A DNA stretch of 63,497 bases, filler included, from Octopus bimaculoides (GCF_001194135.2; 6 parts of 5 records of this genome joined end to end with filler, not necessarily neighbours in it), one strand, 5' to 3'; positions 38,950-51,714 are shown, counted from the first letter of the whole stretch. Notes: a model not told the origin generated them from the sequence alone. Translations and numbers: made by a program.

Positions 38950-39240
38950 CCTTTAGGCCGGCACATGGAAAAAATAATCTTTTGTAACTAAACACTTTCA
39001 AATTTCGTATACTGGTAGAATATGTCATTTAAAATATCTTTTACTCTTGGCGTTTTTAAGAAACTTCTTTATTTTCGAAGTCATTTTGTGTTAAAGTTGT
39101 CGTATTTCGGTAATTTCAGCTAATCAATGACGTCTATTCACCTGAATAAAATTACTGCCGTTGTTTGTCAACAACAACTATCGGTGGTGTATATTTCGTT
39201 TATCACTGTTATGACATCGTTCGTGCACGTACCAATATGC
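38950..39240. mobile_element. Partial copy of the 19777-20328 MITE
   Basis: TTTGTAACTAAACACTTTCAAATTTCG...GTTGTTTGTCAACAACAACT..CGG.GGTGTATATTTCGTTT is shared. Confidence 0.85.
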
Positions 39241-39998
39241 ACTTTGACCGATTGATAATGCTGGTTAACACACGTGAGCTTATGTACCTTCAGTTGGTTG
39301 GTTTAATTATTTTTCGCACATTCTCACGCTTGAAAATCGAGTTGCCTCTAAAGAGACTGTATGATTTCGATAGAGGAGAAACAATAATGAATCAGTTTAA
39401 GCAAAACAGAGAATAGAGAATATCCATTTTTTTTATCATGCAGTCGTTTTTATATATATTCATGCATATATATATATATATATANNNNNNNNNNNNNNNN
39501 NNNNNNNNNNNNNNNNNNNNNNNNNNNNNNNNNNNNNNNNNNNNNNNNNNNNNNNNNNNNNNNNNNNNNNNNNNNNNNNNNNNNNNNNNNNNNNNNNNNN
39601 NNNNNNNNNNNNNNNNNNNNNNNNNNNNNNNNNNNNNNNNNNNNNNNNNNNNNNNNNNNNNNNNNNNNNNNNNNNNNNNNNNNNNNNNNNNNNNNNNNNN
39701 NNNNNNNNNNNNNNNNNNNNNNNNNNNNNNNNNNNNNNNNNNNNNNNNNNNNNNNNNNNNNNNNNNNNNNNNNNNNNNNNNNNNNNNNNNNNNNNNNNNN
39801 NNNNNNNNNNNNNNNNNNNNNNNNNNNNNNNNNNNNNNNNNNNNNNNNNNNNNNNNNNNNNNNNNNNNNNNNNNNNNNNNNNNNNNNNNNNNNNNNNNNN
39901 NNNNNNNNNNNNNNNNNNNNNNNNNNNNNNNNTACATATATATACATACATACATACATACATATAAAGTAGCAAACTAAGGAAACGAATTCTTTCAA

Positions 39999-40258
39999 AG
40001 GGGATGGTGGTGAACCCTGCTGTACTCTTTCACCACAACTTTCTCTCACTCTTACTTCCTGTTTCTGTTGTGCTTGTAATTCAAAGGGTCAGCCTTGTCA
40101 CACTGTGTCACGCTGAATATCACTGAGAACTACGTTAAGGGTACACGTGTCTGTGGAGTGCCCAGCCACTTGCACGTTAATTTCACGAGCAGGCTGTTCC
40201 GTTGATCGGATCAACTGGAACCCTCGACGTCGTAAGCGACGGAGTGTCAACAACAACA
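39999..40258 (+). mobile_element. SINE family B, 5'-truncated, with (CAA)n tail
   Basis: Matches about 8564-8815. Confidence 0.9.
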
Positions 40259-40728
40259 AAAGTCTATAATGACAATATGTTCCGGTGGTGTTTGATCAGA
40301 GGTTAAGAACGGCTGAGAATTATGTAATGCAATCACTCTATTGTTCAAGTTCCAAGTTGAATTTCAATTGTTGGCCATTAGCGAAGCGAATGTCATTTAT
40401 CTTTCCCTTGATCTTTAACGTCATATGACAAACGCCAAGCAAGATGGCGTGAATCAGCCACGCTTTACCTGCTAGAAATAGCAACTCAAATGCTTTTAAA
40501 TCAGATCCCAATATTGAATGTTCAAGAACCAAACGAAGGACAGACTTTCAATCCTGGTATCATTCTGATTCCAAAACGGTGTGATATGTCTATGTAGAGA
40601 AAATGTAGACTGAGATACATGAGCGTACAAACATAATTTCGCTTTTATAATTATAGATAATACTCTCACTCCTTGTATTTAACTTGGCTCACAATGAAGT
40701 CAGGTCAGCTATAGTGTTGACTATGCTT

Positions 40729-40823
40729 ACTGGAACTTTACAAGTCGAAGGGCTTCTAACATCCATGAGTGTGGACACTGGAACTTTACAAGTCGAAGGG
40801 CTTCTAACATCTATGAGTGTGGA
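40729..40823. repeat. 48-bp tandem duplication
   Basis: ACTGGAACTTTACAAGTCGAAGGGCTTCTAACATC(C/T)ATGAGTGTGGA starts at 40729 and 40777. Confidence 0.95.
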
Positions 40824-40964
40824 ACAGTGCCAAAGGCATGCATTGTGGCCCAGCCACAATGAAACTAGGTTCTCCTGCGCTCCTGCACGTCTGACATTAC
40901 AGTTTTGTTTATCAACAATTGCTCGGCACATCCCCAGATGTAATTATGCATGTATGTGTGTGTG

Positions 40965-40996
<32 letters not shown>

Positions 40997-41539
40997 ATGA
41001 ATCCGGTATTAAATACGTTAACACCTTAACTACTGTTTGTCACGCAGATAGTGTCTCTGTGTAACTTAATAGCGAAACAACCAGAAGTCAATTTGGCGTC
41101 CAAAGCACGTTTTAATCTATTTCACACGTCCTTTCTATCAGCGTCCTTTCGTTATCTTCGCGTACGAGACAATATATAACGTCATTCATAGCTTTTCGTT
41201 TGTAATGTGAGAGTGAAGATATACATGATAAATAACCACAGGACATAAATGTATACTTGGGTGTAATAAGCTTTGTTTTTCTTACATCGAATCTTACCTG
41301 CAAAACATTCGTCATTCTTAAATGAAGGTTCATAAAATCATTATCAATTATACACTAGATTTCATTCGGTATTCTTTGACATTCACCTAAATTTGAATGA
41401 TCTTCCTGAAGCCGAGTTAAACAAATATAAAAATATTTCTGTCGAAAATTTAGCAATCTGGAAGACAACTTGGTCGACGCACACATGCGTAATATATTAT
41501 TGGAAATTCGTTTATGTAACTTTTATCTTTTTTTATATT

Positions 41540-41715
41540 TTACTTGTTTCAGTCACTGGACTGCAGTGATACCCTTGAAGGGTTAAGTTGAACATATCGG
41601 TCTGAATATTCTTTTGTTAAGTCTGGTTCTTCTTTCGGTCACTGATGGTGAACCGCTAAACTACGATGACGTAAACACATCAACACTGGCTGGCGGTAGA
41701 GAGACAAACACAAAG
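41540..41715 (-). mobile_element. SINE family C, 3' half
   Basis: TTTTACTTGTTTCAGTCA.TGGACTGC...GAACCGCTAAACTACGATGACGTAAACACATCAACAC. Confidence 0.65.
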
Positions 41716-41720
41716 GCGCG

Positions 41721-41758
<38 letters not shown>

Positions 41759-42333
41759 NNNNNNNNNNNNNNNNNNNNNNNNNNNNNNNNNNNNNNNNNN
41801 NNNNNNNNNNNNNNNNNNNNNNNNNNNNNNNNNNNNNNNNNNNNNNNNNNNNNNNNNNNNNNNNNNNNNNNNNNNNNNNNNNNNNNNNNNNNNNNNNNNN
41901 NNNNNNNNNNNNNNNNNNNNNNNNNNNNNNNNNNNNNNNNNNNNNNNNNNNNNNNNNNNNNNNNNNNNNNNNNNNNNNNNNNNNNNNNNNNNNNNNNNNN
42001 NNNNNNNNNNNNNNTATACGTGATTGCGAAGCGAGCTTCTGAACTACAGACCGATGGTTGCAAAAACAAAGACCATTAAAAAAAAAACTGTTTTAAAAGA
42101 TAATATATACCATGTGAATATTCTAACTCCAAATGATAAATTTGTAAGATGTATACATAATACCAAGCTTTTCAATGACATTTCAATTTCCTGAGATAGG
42201 AATAAGAAAATTATTAGTTAATTCCATATTTCCATTAAGAGTATATGACACAAAGTCTTGCATACAAATATTAAATAAATCAATGCATGAAGAAGGTGTA
42301 TTGTCAATTAACTATGGTTTTTATAATTCACAG

Positions 42334-42378
42334 GAATAACTTGAACTTTGTTACCGAAGAATTGAAGAATCCTTATAG
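42334..42378 (+). CDS. SLC7A9-like: SLC7 (b(0,+)AT/LAT-type) amino-acid transporter exon: (W)NNLNFVTEELKNPY(R)
   Basis: TTCACAG acceptor and GTTTGT donor; 45 nt, phase 2 at both ends. The peptide matches the SLC7 motif WN.LN..TEEL.NP.R. Confidence 0.92.
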
Positions 42379-42639
42379 GTTTGTATAAAATTCATTTCAT
42401 GTGTGTGCGTTTGTTTAGTAAAATCATAAAAAGGAGTAGAATGAATTTTCCGCGGAGAGTGAAAAATCGAACGTTTCGGACAGAGTCCTTCTTCGTATAT
42501 ACATATGCACTTTTGAGTAAGGAAAACTCAATATATGGTGTACTGAACATTCTGTTCCGTTAATATCTTAGATTTTCGGATTGATACGCAAGTATATATG
42601 CTTGAATTTCATATCATCAACAGCGTTTCTTCCCACAAA

Positions 42640-42930
42640 AATTGTCTAGAAAGTATTGGAAGCTTTAAATCCTGGTGTTTATAAGCATGCAATACCAGAA
42701 AAGTCCAGTTAGATCAACATTATACACTTGTTCTGATGGGTAACCTCCTTCAGAAATCATTTTCTTCAACTGCTCACGAAAATTAGAAGCAGACTGCCTA
42801 TTTGCATTGACAATCTCACCAGTCATTTTAATGCTACGTGAATCGGTGTGACTTTTAAATACTTCAAAATAACTTTTAGTAAACAGAAAGCTTATGTCCG
42901 AAGTTGCACCCTCCTTCATTCACAATTTAT
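42640..42930 (-). mobile_element. Tigger/pogo transposase fragment
   Basis: FEVFKSH...IKMTGEIVNANRQSASNF...ISEGGYPSEQVYNVDLTGLFW matches the pogo DDE_1 N-terminal motif GE...AD...GGY..EQVFN.DETGLFW. Confidence 0.85.
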
Positions 42931-42984
42931 TAAAATAAGCTAGCTTTTGTTTCATTACCCGTTGTGATTATCGGTATATGTCCA

Positions 42985-43140
42985 GCCAAGTAAGTCGTCT
43001 ATAGGGTAAGGTGTTGGCTGATGATCACAGGGCCGTGGGTTTGATTAGTGGACTGGGCGGTGCTTTGTGCCTTTAAACAATACACATCATTTCACGCTAC
43101 TTCAGTCTACTGAGCTGAAAAAGAGAACCAACCTAATGCT
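42985..43140 (+). mobile_element. Diverged tRNA-derived SINE, family D
   Basis: Degenerate head GGGTAAGGTGTTGGC...GTGGGTTTGATT, then TGTGCCTTTAAACAATACACATCATTTCAC..CTACTTCAGTCTACTGAGCTG. Confidence 0.45.
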
Positions 43141-44399
43141 GGCTCAGGCCTTTCTACTTCTGGATGCTACATCGACGTCTCACTAAATAAAGCGTGTGAG
43201 AACCGAGAAGTGTTTATGTCAACTCGCAACTACATTAGTTCATTTTCATCAGTAGAAGATAAAGACTGGGCTTTAAGTGTCATCCTCCAGATGACACCCG
43301 CATTCAAAAGTCGTTCCATTTCTAAAATCATTTCATATCTATAAAAATCAATGTCCAGGCATTAAAAAAAGTATTTTGATTGAGCGGTTGACTTAATCTT
43401 GTGTTTATTGCACACAAGAATTGTCCTCACTATAAATGTTGGATTCTTTAACATTTTAACAATCTAGCTGAGTTTTACCTCTGTATCAATTTTTTCTTTA
43501 ACGTCCAACGTTTATGGCTCATCTTTGCACATCTACTCTGTACGTATTTGTAAAGAAATGAAGCAAAACGGTGATAGGCAAGAAACTTACACCAAATAAC
43601 AGTGAGCAGTGATGGTCAACATTAGTAAAATGAGTAATAGTTTTATCACCACGGATACAAATACAGAAATGATAAAATAAAGAAGTGGAGGAATGATGTC
43701 GAAGTATGTGAACTGTCCTGTGTAGAAGAAAGTACAGTATGGTTAAAGTCAGTAGGAAGACCCAGATCGTTTGAACTGAGGCATGTACAAACATGGTGGA
43801 GTGTGGAGATCAGAGGGAACTGGGAAAAGAGAAGTGTTGGCAAGAATATTGAGATCACTGGAATATATGATCAACCAGATTGTTGAGAGCAGGAAAAAAT
43901 AAATAAGCATGTAATGTGGGCAGGTGTTAACAGAATTGTTAAATACAATGAAGAATAAGAAAGTTTGTTGAAAAGAAATAAAAAAAAATTGCAAGAATTG
44001 AATTAGTAGACCGTGAACATTTAAAATGTACAAAGAATTGAGAGAGAAATTAATGAGACAAGCGACCAGGTGCATTCAGATCTCTCACCAATTTTATAAC
44101 ATTTGTAAATATAATTTTTATGCACATATAAATTTTATGTATATATATAACAACCGTTTTGGTTGTAAATTTTATCTTAATTACCCATAGTTCTTCACGA
44201 GGTTGTATTTTGAGATAAATGGCCAAACATTATACAATTTCTGTAAATGCAAAATTTTGTAACAAGAATTGCTACAACCTGGGAATAAGTATGGGAATGC
44301 ATATGTGTGTGTGTTTGAGAGTAATTAGACTTTTCTTCTGTTCTGACTTGAAATAGAACGAGCATAGAACTTAACCTTTCCTCTAATTATATGTGTTTG

Positions 44400-44900
44400 C
44401 GCATGTCTACATTCAAATATATATATATGTGTATGTTATTATTCAGTTTATTTCAAGATTTCTTGCCAATAGAGAAAGAACCGGTTTCTAACCTAGACCC
44501 AAGGCTCCTTCATTGGAATTTCAACATCAACAACAGGATATTTTTGTTTGTATGTATGTATGTGTGTATGTATGTATGTATGTATGTATGTATGTATGTA
44601 TGTACGTACGCACGTACGTACGTACGTACGTATGTATGTATGTATGTATGTATGTATGTATGTATGTATGTATGTATGTACGTACAGGTTTGTATGTTTT
44701 ATATATGTATTCTTATGCATATAGTTGTATATCTAGACACGCTCATATATATTTAAATGATAAACTTGTGGAAAATTTTACAGATTTTTATATTCCAGTG
44801 ATAGATTGGATCTGTAGTCTTCGAATTAGCTTTCCCCTTTCTAGTTTTGAGAAGCTTAATTTCTCAAGATTGGTATTTAGGCAGTGTGTTACATATCCCA
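44400..44900 (+). repeat. Dispersed repeat, inverted partner of 48868-49290
   Basis: Two unique blocks (44440-44530 and 44686-44900) separated by (GTAT)n; both are mirrored at 49170-49265 and 48868-49080. Confidence 0.85.
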
Positions 44901-45419
44901 GGGCCCCATATGTATGTATGTATGTATGTATGTATATATTATGGGCGTGTGCGTGCGTGCGAGCTTGGATGGGTGGATGGATGGATAACGACCTTATTGG
45001 TGGTGAGTATTGAAGGAGAGTGGGACTCCTTTACTAATCAATCCAGAGTTTAAGTATATTTTTACTGCATATACACTAATATAGCTGCATCTTTTCTTAC
45101 ATGACGGAGGTTACTAGCAAGTGCTGAAGTGCTACATGAGATATTCAATTTGTTCTTGCTGTTCTTTTTTTTTTTACCCTTATAAGGATGTGAATCAGGT
45201 CAAGCGATAAGACGATATAGGGACAGAAACAGAAGTTGTTTAAAAGTAGCTATTCTTTACACGAAAGCTCAAGTATGTACAATAGTATTTTTAAATAAAT
45301 TAAACTAAATACGTTTTAATGTCAAGTAATATTTTGTTCTCTCACCAGCAATTTCATATTTTAAACTTAATGCTACTCTATTAAAAACAATTCTTCGTCA
45401 AATTAATTTTGTCAAAAAG

Positions 45420-46330
45420 CTGAACAACATAGTAGGATGTTTATTCTAGTCATCAAAAAGCCGCCGGTTATAGCTTATCGGTACTGATTCTTTCTTCTGA
45501 CCGCTCATAATCTATTATAGAAAACAGCCGTTCAACTGATGCAGGTGAATCAGAAATACGGACTAACTTCTACTTAGTAATCTGGGAAGTTAGTAAATTA
45601 TTAGAAATTAGAAATGTGTCTCTATTTTTCTTTCTGATGAACCAAAATATTTAGTCCCTTTTTATCACGTATTAAGTTTTGTAGTACCCAAATTTCTTTT
45701 TGCAATAATAACCTCATAAAATAATAAATATTTACTGCTTGCTTTCCAGTCTTTTGGTTGATCCTATATTTACAGACTTTAACCATGCAAAAACTTCCAC
45801 CAGATCAGTGTTCTCTTTCCATAGAGCTAGTTATAAGACATCTTTCATAAAGAGTTAAATTCTTTCATTTTTCTCAACGACTCAGATTTTCTCAGCAAGG
45901 CCTTTCTTAAAATAAAGATTCACACTTATTTTACAAGTTTCTATATTTATAGTGAGGTTGTGCATTTTTAGTTTGATACCTGGTGCGTTAGTATTGTCTT
46001 TTTCTATGACTAGAGTCAATTTGTTGAAATTGTTGAGCTATGTACAAACCACAAATACATTTCGTCAAAATCATTTTCAAAGAATTATTTCATCACTCCT
46101 CAGCAGTGTCCTTCGCTTTTTAAAAAATAATTCCTTATAAATTCACTGACTTGAAACCTTATATTTATTTCCAAGAATATTACTCAGGACTGCTGTCAGC
46201 GGTGTCTTATGCGAGATCTAGCAGTTTTAAGAAATAATATGAAAGATAAGTTGAATTTCCTTAGCTCATCAATCTCTCTCTTTCTTTCACGGGAACTTGT
46301 CATCCTTGGACTAATATTGGGTTAACAATA
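45420..46330 (-). mobile_element. Degenerate hAT transposase (C-terminal dimerisation region)
   Basis: KLVRISDSPASVERLFSIIDYERSEERISTDKL resembles the hAT motif P.SSA.VERLFS...R..L...KL. The upstream extent is approximate. Confidence 0.55.
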
Positions 46331-47017
46331 TGGGAATAGGTCAGAATTCTGAGAAGCCCATTGGTTTTCTCTGTCTAAGAAGACTTCCTGTTACCAATTG
46401 TTTTTTTTTTTTTTTCATATGAGTTTTTTTCTTTGTGGTTTTGCATGTGAACGAGGCAGAAGGCATTAGCTCCAAATTACGATCGGGTTCCTGCTACATA
46501 AGTTTCATTGCGTGCTACTAACTCATATTCATTGGTGCTAACGCATTACTCCTTCTCCGAACAAAGGTCAGGATAACAATCATCATAAAATTCAATTTTA
46601 TTAGGTTTAGTAAAACAAGAGAGAGAGAAAGAATTTTAAACCAGCAAGTATCCCGGAACGACATTTCTAAACTGGAACAGCCTTTGGTTAACCAAGAACA
46701 GCCCTTGATTAACCAAGAAAAGTAAAACGCACGCGCACACATTCACATATATATATAGATTAATCTATATTTTTGTAAGCAGTTGTATGTCTTTATTTTT
46801 GTATGCAGTGTAAATTAACCAAATATAAGCAAATTAGCCAAATAGAAGCACATATCCGAATTGCTAATTTAACGGTAAATGCCACAATAATTATTATAGA
46901 TAAATTTCATAATATATGTTATACTAAGCACATGTGTTAAATGTTAATTTAAGGGTTAATATATAACTGTAAATACTTTGCAACCTTGCAACTGCTGCGA
47001 TAATTATTAACTGGTAA

Positions 47018-47405
47018 AATAATCTCTCTTCACTCCGTCGCTTACGACTTCGAGGGTTCCAGTTGATCCGATCAACGGAACAGCCTGCTCGTGAAATTAA
47101 CGTGCAAGTGGTTGAGCACTCCAGACACGTGTACCCTTAACGTAGTTCTCGGGGATATTCAGCGTGACACAGTGTGACAAGGCTGACCCTTTGAATTACA
47201 GGCACAACAGAAACAGAAAGTAAGAGTGAGAGAAAGTTGTGGTGGAAGAGTACAGCAGGGTTCGCCACCATCCCCTGCTGGAGCCTCGTGAAGCTTTAGC
47301 TGTTTTTCGCTCAATAAACACTCACAACGCCCGGTCTGGGAATCGAAACCGCGAGCCTATGACTGCGAGTCCGCTGCTCTAACCACTGGGCCATTGCGCC
47401 TCCAC
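47018..47405 (-). mobile_element. Full-length SINE, family B, with 12-bp TSD
   Basis: Reverse complement of 8444-8817; ATTAACTGGTAA at 47006-47017 and 47406-47417. Confidence 0.92.
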
Positions 47406-47928
47406 ATTAACTGGTAATTGAACGGTAAATGTGTATTTTTATATACCTTGGCCCTGCCACCACATTGTTTTTGTCAAGACTTTCATTTCCAGCCGTTCGT
47501 TATGTCAGTCAACTTACATATACTGACACACCATTCCGCTGTTGTGGCCGTAAAGATGGAAAGTTGCCGATGCGTAATGTTGTTCACATTAGGGTATAAA
47601 TTATTCATTTATTTCAAATACAATAGAAATAAGATGATCTTAGTGTTACCACATTAGAATTAAAAGTGAAACAATAAAAGTGAAACAATATTATCTTTTG
47701 ACATGTACTACCGAAGCAACCTAAAAGATTGCTCCGGGCCCGCGTTAAGTAGAATTTTTTTTTTTGTTTTTGCCCATGACACTTCATGGACGCTAAGTAA
47801 TGCATGTATAAATTTTGAATGAACTCGATTGATTACTTCCCGCATTTTAGGGATTCACACATACAAACATATAGACAGACAGATTTTCAGTTTACGTAGT
47901 TCACAAATTATCTACCTTGAAACACCTC

Positions 47929-48177
47929 ATTATTTACATTTGACGGATATTTGTCCTCATCTTTTTTGTTGTTAACACAACGTTTCGGCTGATATACCCT
48001 CCAGCCTTCGTCAGGTGTCTTGGGAAAATTTCGAACCTGGGTTCTCATTCCTAACGATGTTACTATTATTATATTATTATTATTATTACTATTATTAATC
48101 AGGTCGCTGCCGTGAATCGAACTCGGAGTTAGTAGCCCGCGCTCTTAACCACTACGCGCTCTTAACCACTACGCCAT
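47929..48177 (-). mobile_element. SINE-like element: tRNA-type head + (AAT)n + hammerhead-containing 3' part
   Basis: A-box TGGCGTAGTGG (partly duplicated), B-box GAGTTCGATTC, AAT tract, then the hammerhead fold on the same strand. Confidence 0.7.
47974..48019 (-). ncRNA. Minimal type-I hammerhead ribozyme (PLE-type)
   Basis: GACAC-CUGACGA-A-GGCUG(GAGGGUAUAU)CAGCC-GAAA-CG-UU-GUGUU. Stem I GACAC/GUGUU, stem II 5 bp perfect, palindromic AACGUU stem III. Confidence 0.75.
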
Positions 48178-48719
48178 ATATTATTTCAGTAATTTCTCCA
48201 ATTCTTTTTATTACATAGAACAATTCAATACAAATTTATCTTTCATTTTCTAGATGCAGAAATATAACCTCTTCTCTTTGTTTGGGATGTTGGTACACAA
48301 CTTTTGAATTTCATTTATTTTTATAAAACTTATAAACGAGACTGTAAAACACGTTTGTGTATATGGATTGAAAAAAAAATTGTTTGGATAATTTTTTTTT
48401 TTGTCTAAGAATATACCGATCTACCTTTCTGTATGTATATACACACGTAGAGCACACATATACACACATATTATACAAAAACACGTACTTACACACTCGC
48501 ATACATACATACATACATACATACATACATACATACATACATACATACATTCCAGAAGTCTATCATTTAAGTATATATGAGCATTTCTAGATATACAAGT
48601 AAACGCTTGAAAAGACATACATAAAAACATACAAATCTGCACATATATATACATGCATACATACATACATACATACATACATACATACATACATACATAC
48701 ATACATACATACATAGCGA

Positions 48720-49450
48720 CAAGTTACTTATTTGGCGTGGGAGACTATTTATCGAAAATACGATGAATACTATCTCCAATTTTGGAGTCACAACTATCAA
48801 CCTTGTTAAATAACTGGTTAATCTTCAGATGAATTAACTGAGGAAGTCTTTTATTCACGATCGTAGTGGGATATGTAACACACTGCCTAAATACCAATCT
48901 TGAGAAATTAAGCTTCTCAAAACCAGAAAGGAGAAAACTAATTCGAAGACTACCAATCCAATCCTCACTGAAACTGCAAAAATCTGTAAAACTTTCTAGA
49001 AGTTTATCATTTAAATATATATGAGCATGTCTAAGTATGTAATTATATGCATGAGAAAACATGCATAAAACATACAAATCTGCACATACATACATACATA
49101 CATACATACATACATACATACATACATACATACATACATACATACGTACGTACGTACATACATACATATCCTGTTGTTGATGCTGAAATTCCAATGAAGG
49201 AACCTTCGATCTAGGTTAGAAACCGGTTCTTTCTCTATTGGCAAGAAATCTTGAAATAAAGTGAATAATGGCATACATACATACATACATACATGCATGC
49301 ATACATGCATGCATGCATACATACATACATACATACATACATACATACCATGTTGTTGATGTTAAAATTCTAATGAAAGAGCCTTGGATCTAGGTTTAAA
49401 GTCGGCTCTTTCTTTTTTGGTATGGAATCTTGAAATGAAACTGAATAATG
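48720..49450 (-). repeat. Dispersed repeat cluster, inverted relative to 44400-44900, with two tandem tail blocks
   Basis: Tail block TGTTGTTGATG.TGAAATTCCAATGAAGG...GAAATAAA at 49171-49265 and again at 49340-49447; partial copy at 48550-48655. Confidence 0.8.
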
Positions 49451-49769
49451 ACATACATAAGCACACACATATACACACCCAGGCACATTCGCACTCATAC
49501 ACGCAAATACATATGTAGAGCGTGCCAAAAAATATATACATTGAATTATTATAAAGTTAAAGGCTGTGTTTATTAAAATGCATATGATTTTCATAATGTA
49601 ATAGAATTTATAAACACAAAATTTTATTTATGAACGCGTTTTCAAACTGAAAACCAGTCTGGTGAATGCACTACTGATAACGTAAAGTAATGGAATCACA
49701 AACACCAAGAAACATTTCGTTCGGAATTTGTGCACATACTCGTTTAATAGCTGTTATTTCTTGCTTTGT

Positions 49770-50072
49770 GGGGTTTATCGATATCGCAGTCTTCTAGAAC
49801 GATTCCTGTGAACATTCTCAATAGTTCCATCAACTTCAAACTTATCTCTAATTCCAGTGATAGTAAGTCGGCTGGATGGCTGTGATTGCAACTCCCTTCT
49901 AAACTGTCTCTGCTCTTTGACAGCGTTTTCTAACTTCCAGTAGTACTTCAGGCTATATTTCCTGTGTTAAACGCTTCATCAATTCTAATGGGTTAAATCT
50001 TAAAATAAGAGAAGAAAATTAAATGAGTTGTCAGTTGCTAAAGTATATATAATGTTTTAGGACTCCCTGTAT
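49770..50072 (-). mobile_element. Tc1/mariner-superfamily transposase 5' fragment (HTH)
   Basis: KYYWKLENAVKEQRQFRRELQSQPSSRLTITGIRDKFEVDGTIENVHRNRSRR; TIR-like TATACAGGGAGTCC at about 50059-50072. Confidence 0.75.
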
Positions 50073-50145
50073 ATCAACATACAATCGTACAAATTATTTA
50101 ACGTCACTTATAAAGTATGAAGTACTATTTAGTTTATAGACCTAC

Positions 50146-50218
50146 TTCTTTCCTTTAACGGCTGTAAAACTGCAATCAAATACAGCAATTTTAGCGACAT
50201 TTATGTCTAGTGATATTA
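50146..50218 (-). CDS. Orphan exon candidate (VISLDINVAKIAVFDCSFTAVKGK)
   Basis: Polypyrimidine tract ending in CAG, 73 nt with one open frame, donor AA|GTAGGT. No homology recognised. Confidence 0.2.
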
Positions 50219-51413
50219 CTGTCAGCAGCGCGTGAGAGAAAAGAGTAAGAGATAGGCAGTGTGAAGGAGAAAAGGGTAAGAGATAGGCAGTGTGAAGAAA
50301 TAGGTAGATAGAGGAAGAGGATGATAGACAATACAATACACAATTTTACAACAAATCTTTGTAAATATTATCTTTTATTTAGTCATTTATTTATTGATTT
50401 AGTCATTTTATTTATCTAGTTATTTGACATTTGTAGTCACTGTCACACCAGGAATTGCCGGCAAATATCTATTTACCAGCAACTAACATTACTGGGCGTT
50501 TGAAATAGCTGCATGGTGATTAATTTTACCACTTGACTGTTCAAATGTTAACTAGTAGTGATTTACAATTTGATGTTTTAGATGCTCAAAGAGGCTTCAA
50601 TGATTTTAATGCTTTTGTTAAAAGCTTTTCATTGCAATAAACCCACTTACAGAATTGATGACAATTTCCCGGTTGAAGAACCGTTAATTCATATCTGTTC
50701 ACTGGATGTTGTCGAGGTCAGAAGACATTCACCCAAGGTGCAGCAACATACAAACATTCATATGTGGGAGGGGGGAATGCGCGTGTGTGTGTCTGTGTAT
50801 GTGTGTGTACGTGTGTGTTTTCATATTTATGTGTTGTGTGTGTACATGTGAGTGCATGTATATACTCGGTGATTTATCTCAGTGGTTCCCGCGTTTTGTT
50901 TCAAAGAAATATTTCCAATGTTATAACTGGCTACACGATCAGTACCAGGTCAGTGCACGTGATTCTCGGTTCATAGTTTTCAATATATAATATTTGACCC
51001 ACCGTGGTTGACTTTACCTTTTCTTGGAGTGATAAAGTAGCAACAGTCAAGACTATATCCTCAGCAACAAAAATATGTTTGACCTTGTGCTTCTTTAGAA
51101 ACTAGAATATAATCTTTATCTGTTAACTTACATTTTACAGGCATAAAATCTCGTGCGTCATATTTCATCATCCTGTTTGTTTTTCTTTTGAGGCTGTCAA
51201 AAATTCAGCATGCTTTCCGTGTTCGAAAAAGAGTATATTAAGAGGTGTATTCGCGTTATTTAGTTTGCTGGAAGAAGCAAACAAAATTTAGGAACTACAA
51301 AATATCTAAGTTGACAACACTATCACAATATAACTTCTGATATCTTACTTTTATTTTTCATATACAATCCTTGCCAACGTCCATGAAACAAAGTCTTTGC
51401 AAAATCTCTAATT

Positions 51414-51455
<42 letters not shown>

Positions 51456-51714
51456 TTATGAATATTTTTTTAAATATTCATATGTGTCGATATATATTAA
51501 TATATGTATACGCATTTTAAGTCGAATTTATAAATGCATGGGTATGTTTGCCTAATTTGAGTTTATAACTTAATTCATATATATAATGATACGAGTGAGG
51601 AGTCTCATGTGAGTCTTGTATTAGCATGCATATATATATTAAACAAAATGAGATAACAAAGCTCAGGCTGTGAGGGGTTTTCAGGGCATTTATAAGGAAT
51701 AAGATAAAGTTATA

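Noticed and set aside
43740-44010. Possible Tc1-like HTH remnant (VGRPRS...GQVLTE...CK)
   Set aside because: Only scattered short motifs across frames; too degenerate to call.
44997-45013. GGEY resembling the SLC7 motif KSGGEY
   Set aside because: It is followed immediately by a stop and lies downstream of the TM6 exon, so the order is wrong.
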